A stretch of 64,000 nucleotides of DNA from Euprymna scolopes. Its lineage: Eukaryota. Position 1 is the first letter of the stretch, and every line of letters starts with the position of its first letter. A program made the translations under genes and the position numbers. Shown in pieces: positions 1 to 16,804 of this stretch. The stretch is from assembly GCA_053919585.1 (NCBI GenBank), contig CM132813.1; one strand, given 5' to 3'. Under the pieces are notes generated by a model that worked only from the letters and a program-made list of their open reading frames with translations, did no database searches and was not told the DNA's origin.

Positions 1-3000
1 TACAATGCTACATCCATGACCATCATACCATCACACCATACAATGCTACATCCATGACCATCAGATCATCACACCATACAATGCTACATCCATGACCATC
101 ATACCATCACACCATACAATGCTACATCCATGACCATCATACCATCACACCATACAATGCTACATCCATGACCATCAGATCATCACACCATACAATGCTA
201 CATCCATGACCATCAGATCATCACACCATACAATGCTATCTCCATGACCATCAGATCATCACACCATACAATGCTACATCCATGACCATCATACCATCAC
301 ACCATACAATGCTACATCCATGACCATCAGATCATCACACCATACAATGCTACATCCATGACCATCATACCATCACACCATACAATGCTACATCCATGAC
401 CATCATACCATCACACCATACAATGCTACATCCATGACCATCAGATCATCACACCATACAATGCTACATCCATGACCATCATACCATCACACCATACAAT
501 GCTACATCCATGACCATCATACCATCACACCATACAATGCTACATCCATGACCATCAGATCATCACACCATACAATGCTACATCCATGACCATCAGATCA
601 TCACACCATACAATGCTACATCCATGACCATCATACCATCACACCATACAATGCTACATCCATGACCATCATACCATCACACCATACAATGCTACATCCA
701 TGACCATCAGATCATCACACCATACAATGCTACATCCATGACCATCATACCATCACACCATACAATGCTACATCCATGACCATCATACCATCACACCATA
801 CAATGCTACATCCATGACCATCAGATCATCACACCATACAATGCTACATCCATGACCATCAGATCATCACACCATACAATGCTACATCCATGACCATCAT
901 ACCATCACACCATACAATGCTACATCCATGACCATCAGATCATCACACCATACAATGCTACATCCATGACCATCAGATCATCACACCATACAATGCTACA
1001 TCCATGACCATCAGATCATCACACCATACAATGCTACATCCATGACCATCATACCATCACACCATACAATGCTACATCCATGACCATCAGATCATCACAC
1101 CATACAATGCTACATCCATGACCATCATACCATCACACCATACAATGCTACATCCATGACCATCATACCATCACACCATACAATGCTACATCCATGACCA
1201 TCAGATCATCACACCATACAATGCTACATCCATGACCATCAGATCATCACACCATACAATGCTACATCCATGACCATCATACCATCACACCATACAATGC
1301 TACATCCATGACCATCAGATCATCACACCATACAATGCTACATCCATGACCATCAGATCATCACACCATACAATGCTACATCCATGACCATCAGATCATC
1401 ACACCATACAATGCTACATCCATGACCATCAGATCATCACACCATACAATGCTACATCCATGACCATCAGATCATCACACCATACAATGCTACATCCATG
1501 ACCATCATACCATCACACCATACAATGCTACATCCATGACCATCATACCATCACACCATACAATGCTACATCCATGACCATCAGATCATCACACCATACA
1601 ATGCTACATCCATGACCATCAGATCATCACACCATACAATGCTACATCCATGACAATCAGATCATCACACCATACAATGCTACATCCATGACCATCATAC
1701 CATCACACCATACAATGCTACATCCATGACCATCAGATCATCACACCATACAATGCTACATCCATGACCATCAGATCATCACACCATACAATGCTACATC
1801 CATGACCATCAGATCATCACACCATACAATGCTACATCCATGACCATCAGATCATCACACCATACAATGCTACATCCATGACCATCAGATCATCACACCA
1901 TACAATGCTACATCCATGACCATCAGATCATCACACCATACAATGCTACATCCATGACCATCAGATCATCACACCATACAATGCTACATCCATGACCATC
2001 ATACCATCACACCATACAATGCTACATCCATGACCATCAGATGATCACACCATACAATGCTACATCCATGACCATCAGATCATCACACCATACAATGCTA
2101 CATCCATGACCATCAGATCATCACACCATACAATGCTACATCCATGACCATCAGATCATCACACCATACAATGCTACATCCATGACCATCAGATCATCAC
2201 ACCATACAATGCTACATCCATGACCATCAGATCATCACACCATACAATGCTACATCCATGACCATCAGATCATCACACCATACAATGCTACATCCATGAC
2301 CATCAGATCATCACACCATACAATGCTACATCCATGACCATCAGATCATCACACCATACAATGCTACATCCATGACCATCAAATCATCACACCATACAAT
2401 GCTACATCCATGACCATCATACCATCACACCATACAATGCTACGTCCATGACCATCAGATCATCACACCATACAATGCTACATCCATGACCATCAGATCA
2501 TCACACCATACAATGCTACATCCATGACCATCAGATCATCACACCATACAATGCTACATCCATGACCATCAGATCATCACATCATACAATGCTACATCCA
2601 TGACCATCAGATCATCACACCATACAATGCTACATCCATGACCATCATACCATCACACCATACAATGCTACATCCATGACCATCAGATCATCACACCATA
2701 CAATGCTACATCCATGACCATCAGATCATCACACCATACAATGCTACATCCATGACCATCATACCATCACACCATACAATGCTACATCCATGACCATCAT
2801 ACTATCACACCATACAATGCTACATCCATGACCATCAGATCATCACACCATACAATGCTACATCCATGACCATCAGATCATCACACCATACAATGCTACA
2901 TCCATGACCATCATACCATCACACCATACAATGCTACATCCATGACCATCAGATCATCACACCATACAATGCTACATCCATGACCATCAGATCATCACAC

Positions 3001-6000
3001 CATACAATGCTACATCCATGACCATCATACCATCACACCATACAATGCTACATCCATGACCATCAGATCATCACACCATACAATGCTACATCCATGACCA
3101 TCATACCATCACACCATACAATGCTACATCCATGACCATCATACCATCACACCATACAATGCTACATCCATGACCATCAGATCATCACACCATACAATGC
3201 TACATCCATGACCATCAGATCATCACACCATACAATGCTACATCCATGACCATCATACCATCACACCATACAATGCTACATCCATGACCATCAGATCATC
3301 ACACCATACAATGCTACATCCATGACCATCATACCATCACACCATACAATGCTACATCCATGACCATCATACCATCACACCATACAATGCTACATCCATG
3401 ACCATCAGATCATCACACCATACAATGCTACATCCATGACCATCAGATCATCACACCATACAATGCTACATCCATGACCATCATACCATCACACCATACA
3501 ATGCTACATCCATGACCATCAGATCATCACACCATACAATGCTACATCCATGACCATCAGATCATCACACCATACAATGCTACATCCATGACCATCAGAT
3601 CATCACACCATACAATGCTACATCCATGACCATCAGATCATCACACCATACAATGCTACATCCATGACCATCAGATCATCACACCATACAATGCTACATC
3701 CATGACCATCATACCATCACACCATACAATGCTACATCCATGACCATCATACCATCACACCATACAATGCTACATCCATGACCATCAGATCATCACACCA
3801 TACAATGCTACATCCATGACCATCAGATCATCACACCATACAATGCTACATCCATGACCATCAGATCATCACACCATACAATGCTACATCCATGACCATC
3901 ATACCATCACACCATACAATGCTACATCCATGACCATCAGATCATCACACCATACAATGCTACATCCATGACCATCAGATCATCACACCATACAATGCTA
4001 CATCCATGACCATCAGATCATCACACCATACAATGCTACATCCATGACCATCAGATCATCACACCATACAATGCTACATCCATGACCATCAGATCATCAC
4101 ACCATACAATGCTACATCCATGACCATCAGATCATCACACCATACAATGCTACATCCATGACCATCATACCATCACACCATACAATGCTACATCCATGAC
4201 CATCATACCATCACACCATACAATGCTACATCCATGACCATCAGATCATCACACCATCCAATGCTACATCCATGACCATCAGATCATCACACCATACAAT
4301 GCTACATCCATGACCATCATACCATCACACCATACAATGCTACATCCATGACCATCATACCATCACACCATACAATGCTACATCCATGACCATCAGATCA
4401 TCACACCATACAATGCTACATCCATGACCATCAGATCATCACACCATACAATGCTACATCCATGACCATCAGATCATCACACCATACAATGCTACATCCA
4501 TGACCATCAGATCATCACACCATACAATGCTACATCCATGACCATCAGATCATCACACCATACAATGCTACATCCATGACCATCAGATCATCACACCATA
4601 CAATGCTACATCCATGACCATCATACCATCACACCATACAATGCTACATCCATGACCATCAGATCATCACACCATACAATGCTACATCCATGACCATAAT
4701 ACATTCACACCATACAATGCTACATCCATGACCATCAGATCATCACACCATACAATGCTACATCCATGACCATCATACCATCACACCATACAATGCTACA
4801 TCCATGACCATCATACCATCACACCATACAATGCTACATCCATGACCATCAGATCATCACACCATACAATGCTACATCCATGACCATCAGATCATCACAC
4901 CATACAATGCTACATCCATGACCATCAGATCATCACACCATACAATGCTACATCCATGACCATCATACCATCACACCATACAATGCTACATCCATGACCA
5001 TCATACCATCACACCATACAATGCTACATCCATGACCATCAGATCATCACACCATACAATGCTACATCCATGACCATCATACCATCACACCATACAATGC
5101 TACATCCATGACCATCATACCATCACACCATACAATGCTACATCCATGACCATCAGATCATCACACCATACAATGCTACATCCATGACCATCATACCATC
5201 ACACCATACAATGCTACATCCATGACCATCATACCATCACACCATACAATGCTACATCCATGACCATCAGATCATCACACCATACAATGCTACATCCATG
5301 ACCATCATACCATCACACCATACAATGCTACATCCATGACCATCATACTATCACACCATACAATGCTACATCCATGACCATCAGATCATCACACCATACA
5401 ATGCTACATCCATGACCATCAGATCATCACACCATACAATGCTACATCCATGACCATCAGATCATCACACCATACAATGCTACATCCATGACCATCATAC
5501 CATCACACCATACAATGCTACATCCATGACCATCAGATCATCACACCATACAATGCTACATCCATGACCATCATACCATCACACCATACAATGCTACATC
5601 CATGACCATCAGATCATCACACCATACAATGCTACATCCATGACCATCATACCATCACACCATACAATGCTACATCCATGACCATCAGATCATCACACCA
5701 TACAATGCTACATCCATGACCATCAGATCATCACACCATACAATGCTACATCCATGACCATCATACCATCACACCATACAATGCTACATCCATGACCATC
5801 ATACCATCACACCATACAATGCTACATCCATGACCATCAGATCATCACACCATACAATGCTACATCCATGACCATCAGATCATCACACCATACAATGCTA
5901 CATCCATGACCATCATACCATCACACCATACAATGCTACATCCATGACCATCAGATCATCACACCATACAATGCTACATCCATGACCATCAGATCATCAC

Positions 6001-9000
6001 ACCATACAATGCTACATCCATGACCATCATACCATCACACCATACAATGCTACATCCATGACCATCAGATCATCACACCATACAATGCTACATCCATGAC
6101 CATCATACCATCACACCATACAATGCTACATCCATGACCATCATACCATCACACCATACAATGCTACATCCATGACCATCAGATCATCACACCATACAAT
6201 GCTACATCCATGACCATCATACCATCACACCATACAATGCTACATCCATGACCATCATACCATCACACCATACAATGCTACATCCATGACCATCAGATCA
6301 TCACACCATACAATGCTACATCCATGACCATCAGATCATCACACCATACAATGCTACATCCATGACCATCAGATCATCACACCATACAATGCTACATCCA
6401 TGACCATCATACCATCACACCATACAATGCTACATCCATGACCATCAGATCATCACACCATACAATGCTACATCCATGACCATCATACCATCACACCATA
6501 CAATGCTACATCCATGACCATCAGATCATCACACCATACAATGCTACATCCATGACCATCATACCATCACACCATACAATGCTACATCCATGACCATCAT
6601 ACCATCACACCATACAATGCTACATCCATGACCATCAGATCATCACACCATACAATGCTACATCCATGACCATCAGATCATCACACCATACAATGCTACA
6701 TCCATGACCATCATACCATCACACCATACAATGCTACATCCATGACCATCATACCATCACACCATACAATGCTACATCCATGACCATCAGATCATCACAC
6801 CATACAATGCTACATCCATGACCATCAGATCATCACACCATACAATGCTACATCCATGACCATCATACCATCACACCATACAATGCTACATCCATGACCA
6901 TCAGATCATCACACCATACAATGCTACATCCATGACCATCAGATCATCACACCATACAATGCTACATCCATGACCATCATACCATCACACCATACAATGC
7001 TACATCCATGACCATCAGATCATCACACCATACAATGCTACATCCATGACCATCATACCATCACACCATACAATGCTACATCCATGACCATCATACCATC
7101 ACACCATACAATGCTACATCCATGACCATCAGATCATCACACCATACAATGCTACATCCATGACCATCAGATCATCACACCATACAATGCTACATCCATG
7201 ACCATCATACCATCACACCATACAATGCTACATCCATGACCATCAGATCATCACACCATACAATGCTACATCCATGACCATCAGATCATCACACCATACA
7301 ATGCTACATCCATGACCATCATACCATCACACCATACAATGCTACATCCATGACCATCATACCATCACACCATACAATGCTACATCCATGACCATCAGAT
7401 CATCACACCATACAATGCTACATCCATGACCATCAGATCATCACACCATACAATGCTACATCCATGACCATCATACCATCACACCATACAATGCTACATC
7501 CATGACCATCATACCATCACACCATACAATGCTACATCCATGACCATCAGATCATCACACCATACAATGCTACATCCATGACCATCAGATCATCACACCA
7601 TACAATGCTACATCCATGACCATCATACCATCACACCATACAATGCTACATCCATGACCATCAGATCATCACACCATACAATGCTACATCCATGACCATC
7701 AGATCATCACACCATACAATGCTACATCCATGACCATCATACCATCACACCATACAATGCTACATCCATGACCATCAGATCATCACACCATACAATGCTA
7801 CATCCATGACCATCATACCATCACACCATACAATGCTACATCCATGACCATCAGATCATCACACCATACAATGCTACATCCATGACCATCAGATCATCAC
7901 ACCATACAATGCTACATCCATGACCATCATACCATCACACCATACAATGCTACATCCATGACCATCAGATCATCATACCATACAATGCTACATCCATGAC
8001 CATCATACCATCACACCATACAATGCTACATCCATGACCATCATACCATCACACCATACAATGCTACATCCATGACCATCAGATCATCACACCATACAAT
8101 GCTACATCCATGACCATCATACCATCACACCATACAATGCTACATCCATGACCATCATACCATCACACCATACAATGCTACATCCATGACCATCAGATCA
8201 TCACACCATACAATGCTACATCCATGACCATCAGATCATCACACCATACAATGCTACATCCATGACCATCAGATCATCACACCATACAATGCTACATCCA
8301 TGACCATCATACCATCACACCATACAATGCTACATCCATGACCATCAGATCATCACACCATACAATGCTACATCCATGACCATCATACCATCACACCATA
8401 CAATGCTACATCCATGACCATCAGATCATCACACCATACAATGCTACATCCATGACCATCATACCATCACACCATACAATGCTACATCCATGACCATCAT
8501 ACCATCACACCATACAATGCTACATCCATGACCATCAGATCATCACACCATACAATGCTACATCCATGACCATCAGATCATCACACCATACAATGCTACA
8601 TCCATGACCATCATACCATCACACCATACAATGCTACATCCATGACCATCATACCATCACACCATACAATGCTACATCCATGACCATCAGATCATCACAC
8701 CATACAATGCTACATCCATGACCATCAGATCATCACACCATACAATGCTACATCCATGACCATCATACCATCACACCATACAATGCTACATCCATGACCA
8801 TCAGATCATCACACCATACAATGCTACATCCATGACCATCAGATCATCACACCATACAATGCTACATCCATGACCATCATACCATCACACCATACAATGC
8901 TACATCCATGACCATCAGATCATCACACCATACAATGCTACATCCATGACCATCATACCATCACACCATACAATGCTACATCCATGACCATCATACCATC

Positions 9001-12000
9001 ACACCATACAATGCTACATCCATGACCATCAGATCATCACACCATACAATGCTACATCCATGACCATCAGATCATCACACCATACAATGCTACATCCATG
9101 ACCATCATACCATCACACCATACAATGCTACATCCATGACCATCAGATCATCACACCATACAATGCTACATCCATGACCATCAGATCATCACACCATACA
9201 ATGCTACATCCATGACCATCATACCATCACACCATACAATGCTACATCCATGACCATCATACCATCACACCATACAATGCTACATCCATGACCATCAGAT
9301 CATCACACCATACAATGCTACATCCATGACCATCAGATCATCACACCATACAATGCTACATCCATGACCATCATACCATCACACCATACAATGCTACATC
9401 CATGACCATCATACCATCACACCATACAATGCTACATCCATGACCATCAGATCATCACACCATACAATGCTACATCCATGACCATCAGATCATCACACCA
9501 TACAATGCTACATCCATGACCATCATACCATCACACCATACAATGCTACATCCATGACCATCAGATCATCACACCATACAATGCTACATCCATGACCATC
9601 AGATCATCACACCATACAATGCTACATCCATGACCATCATACCATCACACCATACAATGCTACATCCATGACCATCAGATCATCACACCATACAATGCTA
9701 CATCCATGACCATCATACCATCACACCATACAATGCTACATCCATGACCATCAGATCATCACACCATACAATGCTACATCCATGACCATCATACCATCAC
9801 ACCATACAATGCTACATCCATGACCATCATACCATCACACCATACAATGCTACATCCATGACCATCAGATCATCACACCATACAATGCTACATCCATGAC
9901 CATCAGATCATCACACCATACAATGCTACATCCATGACCATCATACCATCACACCATACAATGCTACATCCATGACCATCATACCATCACACCATACAAT
10001 GCTACATCCATGACCATCAGATCATCACACCATACAATGCTACATCCATGACCATCAGATCATCACACCATACAATGCTACATCCATGACCATCATACCA
10101 TCACACCATACAATGCTACATCCATGACCATCAGATCATCACACCATACAATGCTACATCCATGACCATCATACCATCACACCATACAATGCTACATCCA
10201 TGACCATCAGATCATCACACCATACAATGCTACATCCATGACCATCAGATCATCACACCATACAATGCTACATCCATGACCATCAGATCATCACACCATA
10301 CAATGCTACATCCATGACCATCATACCATCACACCATACAATGCTACATCCATGACCATCATACCATCACACCATACAATGCTACATCCATGACCATCAG
10401 ATCATCACACCATACAATGCTACATCCATGACCATCAGATCATCACACCATACAATGCTACATCCATGACCATCAGATCATCACACCATACAATGCTACA
10501 TCCATGACCATCAGATCATCACACCATACAATGCTACATCCATGACCATCAGATCATCACACCATACAATGCTACATCCATGACCATCAGATCATCACAC
10601 CATACAATGCTACATCCATGACCATCAGATCATCACACCATACAATGCTACATCCATGACCATCATACCATCACACCATACAATGCTACATCCATGACCA
10701 TCAGATCATCACACCATACAATGCTACATCCATGACCATCATACCATCACACCATACAATGCTACATCCATGACCATCAGATCATCACACCATACAATGC
10801 TACATCCATGACCATCAGATCATCACACCATACAATGCTACATCCATGACCATCAGATCATCACACCATACAATGCTACATCCATGACCATCATACCATC
10901 ACACCATACAATGCTACATCCATGACCATCAGATCATCACACCATACAATGCTACATCCATGACCATCAGATCATCACACCATACAATGCTACATCCATG
11001 ACCATCAGATCATCACACCATACAATGCTACATCCATGACCATCAGATCATCACACCATACAATGCTACATCCATGACCATCAGATCATCACACCATACA
11101 ATGCTACATCCATGACCATCATACCATCACACCATACAATGCTACATCCATGACCATCAGATCATCACACCATACAATGCTACATCCATGACCATCATAC
11201 CATCACACCATACAATGCTACATCCATGACCATCATACCATCACACCATACAATGCTACATCCATGACCATCAGATCATCACACCATACAATGCTACATC
11301 CATGACCATCAGATCATCACACCATACAATGCTACATCAATGACCATCAGATCATCACACCATACAATGCTACATCCATGACCATCAGATCATCACACCA
11401 TACAATGCTACATCCATGACCATCAGATCATCACACCATACAATGCTACATCCATGACCATCAGATCATCACACCATACAATGCTACATCCATGACCATC
11501 AGATCATCACACCATACAATGCTACATCCATGACCATCATACCATCACACCATACAATGCTACATCCATGACCATCAGATCATCACACCATACAATGCTA
11601 CATCCATGACCATCAGATCATCACACCATACAATGCTACATCCATGACCATCATACCATCACACCATACAATGCTACATCCATGACCATCAGATCATCAC
11701 ACCATACAATGCTACATCCATGACCATCAGATCATCACACCATACAATGCTACATCCATGACCATCATACCATCACACCATACAATGCTACATCCATGAC
11801 CATCAGATCATCACACCATACAATGCTACATCCATGACCATCAGATCATCACACCATACAATGCTACATCCATGACCATCAGATCATCACACCATACAAT
11901 GCTACATCCATGACCATCAGATCATCACACCATACAATGCTACATCCATGACCATCAGATCATCACACCATACAATGCTACATCCATGACCATCATACCA

Positions 12001-15000
12001 TCACACCATACAATGCTACATCCATGACCATCAGATCATCACACCATACAATGCTACATCCATGACCATCATACCATCACACCATACAATGCTACATCCA
12101 TGACCATCAGATCATCACACCATACAATGCTACATCCATGACCATCAGATCATCACACCATACAATGCTACATCCATGACCATCAGATCATCACACCATA
12201 CAATGCTACATCCATGACCATCATACCATCACACCATACAATGCTACATCCATGACCATCAGATCATCACACCATACAATGCTACATCCATGACCATCAT
12301 ACCATCACACCATACAATGCTACATCCATGACCATCAGATCATCACACCATACAATGCTACATCCATGACCATCATACCATCACACCATACAATGCTACA
12401 TCCATGACCATCAGATCATCACACCATACAATGCTACATCCATGACCATCATACCATCACACCATACAATGCTACATCCATGACCATCAGATCATCACAC
12501 CATACAATGCTACATCCATGACCATCAGATCATCACACCATACAATGCTACATCCATGACCATCAGATCATCACACCATACAATGCTACATCCATGACCA
12601 TCATACCATCACACCATACAATGCTACATCCATGACCATCAGATCATCACACCATACAATGCTACATCCATGACCATCATACCATCACACCATACAATGC
12701 TACATCCATGACCATCAGATCATCACACCATACAATGCTACATCCATGACCATCATACCATCACACCATACAATGCTACATCCATGACCATCAGATCATC
12801 ACACCATACAATGCTACATCCATGACCATCATACCATCACACCATACAATGCTACATCCATGACCATCAGATCATCACACCATACAATGCTACATCCATG
12901 ACCATCAGATCATCACACCATACAATGCTACATCCATGACCATCAGATCATCACACCATACAATGCTACATCCATGACCATCATACCATCACACCATACA
13001 ATGCTACATCCATGACCATCAGATCATCACACCATACAATGCTACATCCATGACCATCATACCATCACACCATACAATGCTACATCCATGACCATCAGAT
13101 CATCACACCATACAATGCTACATCCATGACCATCATACCATCACACCATACAATGCTACATCCATGACCATCAGATCATCACACCATACAATGCTACATC
13201 CATGACCATCATACCATCACACCATACAATGCTACATCCATGACCATCAGATCATCACACCATACAATGCTACATCCATGACCATCAGATCATCACACCA
13301 TACAATGCTACATCCATGACCATCAGATCATCACACCATACAATGCTACATCCATGACCATCATACCATCACACCATACAATGCTACATCCATGACCATC
13401 AGATCATCACACCATACAATGCTACATCCATGACCATCATACCATCACACCATACAATGCTACATCCATGACCATCAGATCATCACACCATACAATGCTA
13501 CATCCATGACCATCATACCATCACACCATACAATGCTACATCCATGACCATCAGATCATCACACCATACAATGCTACATCCATGACCATCATACCATCAC
13601 ACCATACAATGCTACATCCATGACCATCAGATCATCACACCATACAATGCTACATCCATGACCATCAGATCATCACACCATACAATGCTACATCCATGAC
13701 CATCAGATCATCACACCATACAATGCTACATCCATGACCATCATACCATCACACCATACAATGCTACATCCATGACCATCAGATCATCACACCATACAAT
13801 GCTACATCCATGACCATCATACCATCACACCATACAATGCTACATCCATGACCATCAGATCATCACACCATACAATGCTACATCCATGACCATCATACCA
13901 TCACACCATACAATGCTACATCCATGACCATCAGATCATCACACCATACAATGCTACATCCATGACCATCATACCATCACACCATACAATGCTACATCCA
14001 TGACCATCAGATCATCACACCATACAATGCTACATCCATGACCATCAGATCATCACACCATACAATGCTACATCCATGACCATCAGATCATCACACCATA
14101 CAATGCTACATCCATGACCATCATACCATCACACCATACAATGCTACATCCATGACCATCAGATCATCACACCATACAATGCTACATCCATGACCATCAT
14201 ACCATCACACCATACAATGCTACATCCATGACCATCAGATCATCACACCATACAATGCTACATCCATGACCATCATACCATCACACCATACAATGCTACA
14301 TCCATGACCATCAGATCATCACACCATACAATGCTACATCCATGACCATCATACCATCACACCATACAATGCTACATCCATGACCATCAGATCATCACAC
14401 CATACAATGCTACATCCATGACCATCAGATCATCACACCATACAATGCTACATCCATGACCATCAGATCATCACACCATACAATGCTACATCCATGACCA
14501 TCATACCATCACACCATACAATGCTACATCCATGACCATCAGATCATCACACCATACAATGCTACATCCATGACCATCATACCATCACACCATACAATGC
14601 TACATCCATGACCATCAGATCATCACACCATACAATGCTACATCCATGACCATCAGATCATCACACCATACAATGCTACATCCATGACCATCATACCATC
14701 ACACCATACAATGCTACATCCATGACCATCAGATCATCACACCATACAATGCTACATCCATGACCATCATACCATCACACCATACAATGCTACATCCATG
14801 ACCATCAGATCATCACACCATACAATGCTACATCCATGACCATCATACCATCACACCATACAATGCTACATCCATGACCATCAGATCATCACACCATACA
14901 ATGCTACATCCATGACCATCAGATCATCACACCATACAATGCTACATCCATGACCATCAGATCATCACACCATACAATGCTACATCCATGACCATCAGAT

Positions 15001-16804
15001 CATCACACCATACAATGCTACATCCATGACCATCAGATCATCACACCATACAATGCTACATCCATGACCATCATACCATCACACCATACAATGCTACATC
15101 CATGACCATCAGATCATCACACCATACAATGCTACATCCATGACCATCAGATCATCACACCATACAATGCTACATCCATGACCATCAGATCATCACACCA
15201 TACAATGCTACATCCATGACCATCAGATCATCACACCATACAATGCTACATCCATGACCATCAGATCATCACACCATACAATGCTACATCCATGACCATC
15301 ATACCATCACACCATACAATGCTACATCCATGACCATCAGATCATCACACCATACAATGCTACATCCATGACCATCATACCATCACACCATACAATGCTA
15401 CATCCATGACCATCAGATCATCACACCATACAATGCTACATCCATGACCATCAGATCATCACACCATACAATGCTACATCCATGACCATCAGATCATCAC
15501 ACCATACAATGCTACATCCATGACCATCAGATCATCACACCATACAATGCTACATCCATGACCATCAGATCATCACACCATACAATGCTACATCCATGAC
15601 CATCAGATCATCACACCATACAATGCTACATCCATGACCATCATACCATCACACCATACAATGCTACATCCATGACCATCAGATCATCACACCATACAAT
15701 GCTACATCCATGACCATCAGATCATCACACCATACAATGCTACATCCATGACCATCAGATCATCACACCATACAATGCTACATCCATGACCATCAGATCA
15801 TCACACCATACAATGCTACATCCATGACCATCAGATCATCACACCATACAATGCTACATCCATGACCATCAGATCATCACACCATACAATGCTACATCCA
15901 TGACCATCAGATCATCACACCATACAATGCTACATCCATGACCATCAGATCATCACACCATACAATGCTACATCCATGACCATCAGATCATCACACCATA
16001 CAATGCTACATCCATGACCATCATACCATCACACCATACAATGCTACATCCATGACCATCAGATCATCACACCATACAATGCTACATCCATGACCATCAG
16101 ATCATCACACCATACAATGCTACATCCATGACCATCAGATCATCACACCATACAATGCTACATCCATGACCATCAGATCATCACACCATACAATGCTACA
16201 TCCATGACCATCATACCATCACACCATACAATGCTACATCCATGACCATCAGATCATCACACCATACAATGCTACATCCATGACCATCAGATCATCACAC
16301 CATACAATGCTACATCCATGACCATCAGATCATCACACCATACAATGCTACATCCATGACCATCAGATCATCACACCATACAATGCTACATCCATGACCA
16401 TCAGATCATCACACCATACAATGCTACATCCATGACCATCAGATCATCACACCATACAATGCTACATCCATGACCATCATACCATCACACCATACAATGC
16501 TACATCCATGACCATCAGATCATCACACCATACAATGCTACATCCATGACCATCAGATCATCACACCATACAATGCTACATCCATGACCATCAGATCATC
16601 ACACCATACAATGCTACATCCATGACCATCAGATCATCACACCATACAATGCTACATCCATGACCATCATACCATCACACCATACAATGCTACATCCATG
16701 ACCATCAGATCATCACACCATACAATGCTACATCCATGACCATCAGATCATCACACCATACAATGCTACATCCATGACCATCAGATCATCACACCATACA
16801 ATGC
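1..16804. repeat. 38-bp tandem satellite, about 442 units, open at the window's left edge; unit TACAATGCTACATCCATGACCATCA[TAC|GAT]CATCACACCA
   Basis: Period 38 is kept with no net indel: lines 1141, 2281 ... 15961 (multiples of 1140 = 30x38) all start in the same phase. Two variants differ at unit positions 26 and 28, with only sporadic other substitutions. The array ends at ...CAATGC 16804. Confidence 0.99.

Noticed and set aside
1-16804. CRISPR array, telomeric repeat or repeat-protein gene
   Set aside because: There are no unique spacers and no cas genes, and the context is eukaryotic. The 38-bp period is not a multiple of 3 and the unit contains stop triplets on both strands, so no long ORF exists. 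It is not a short G-rich telomere motif.
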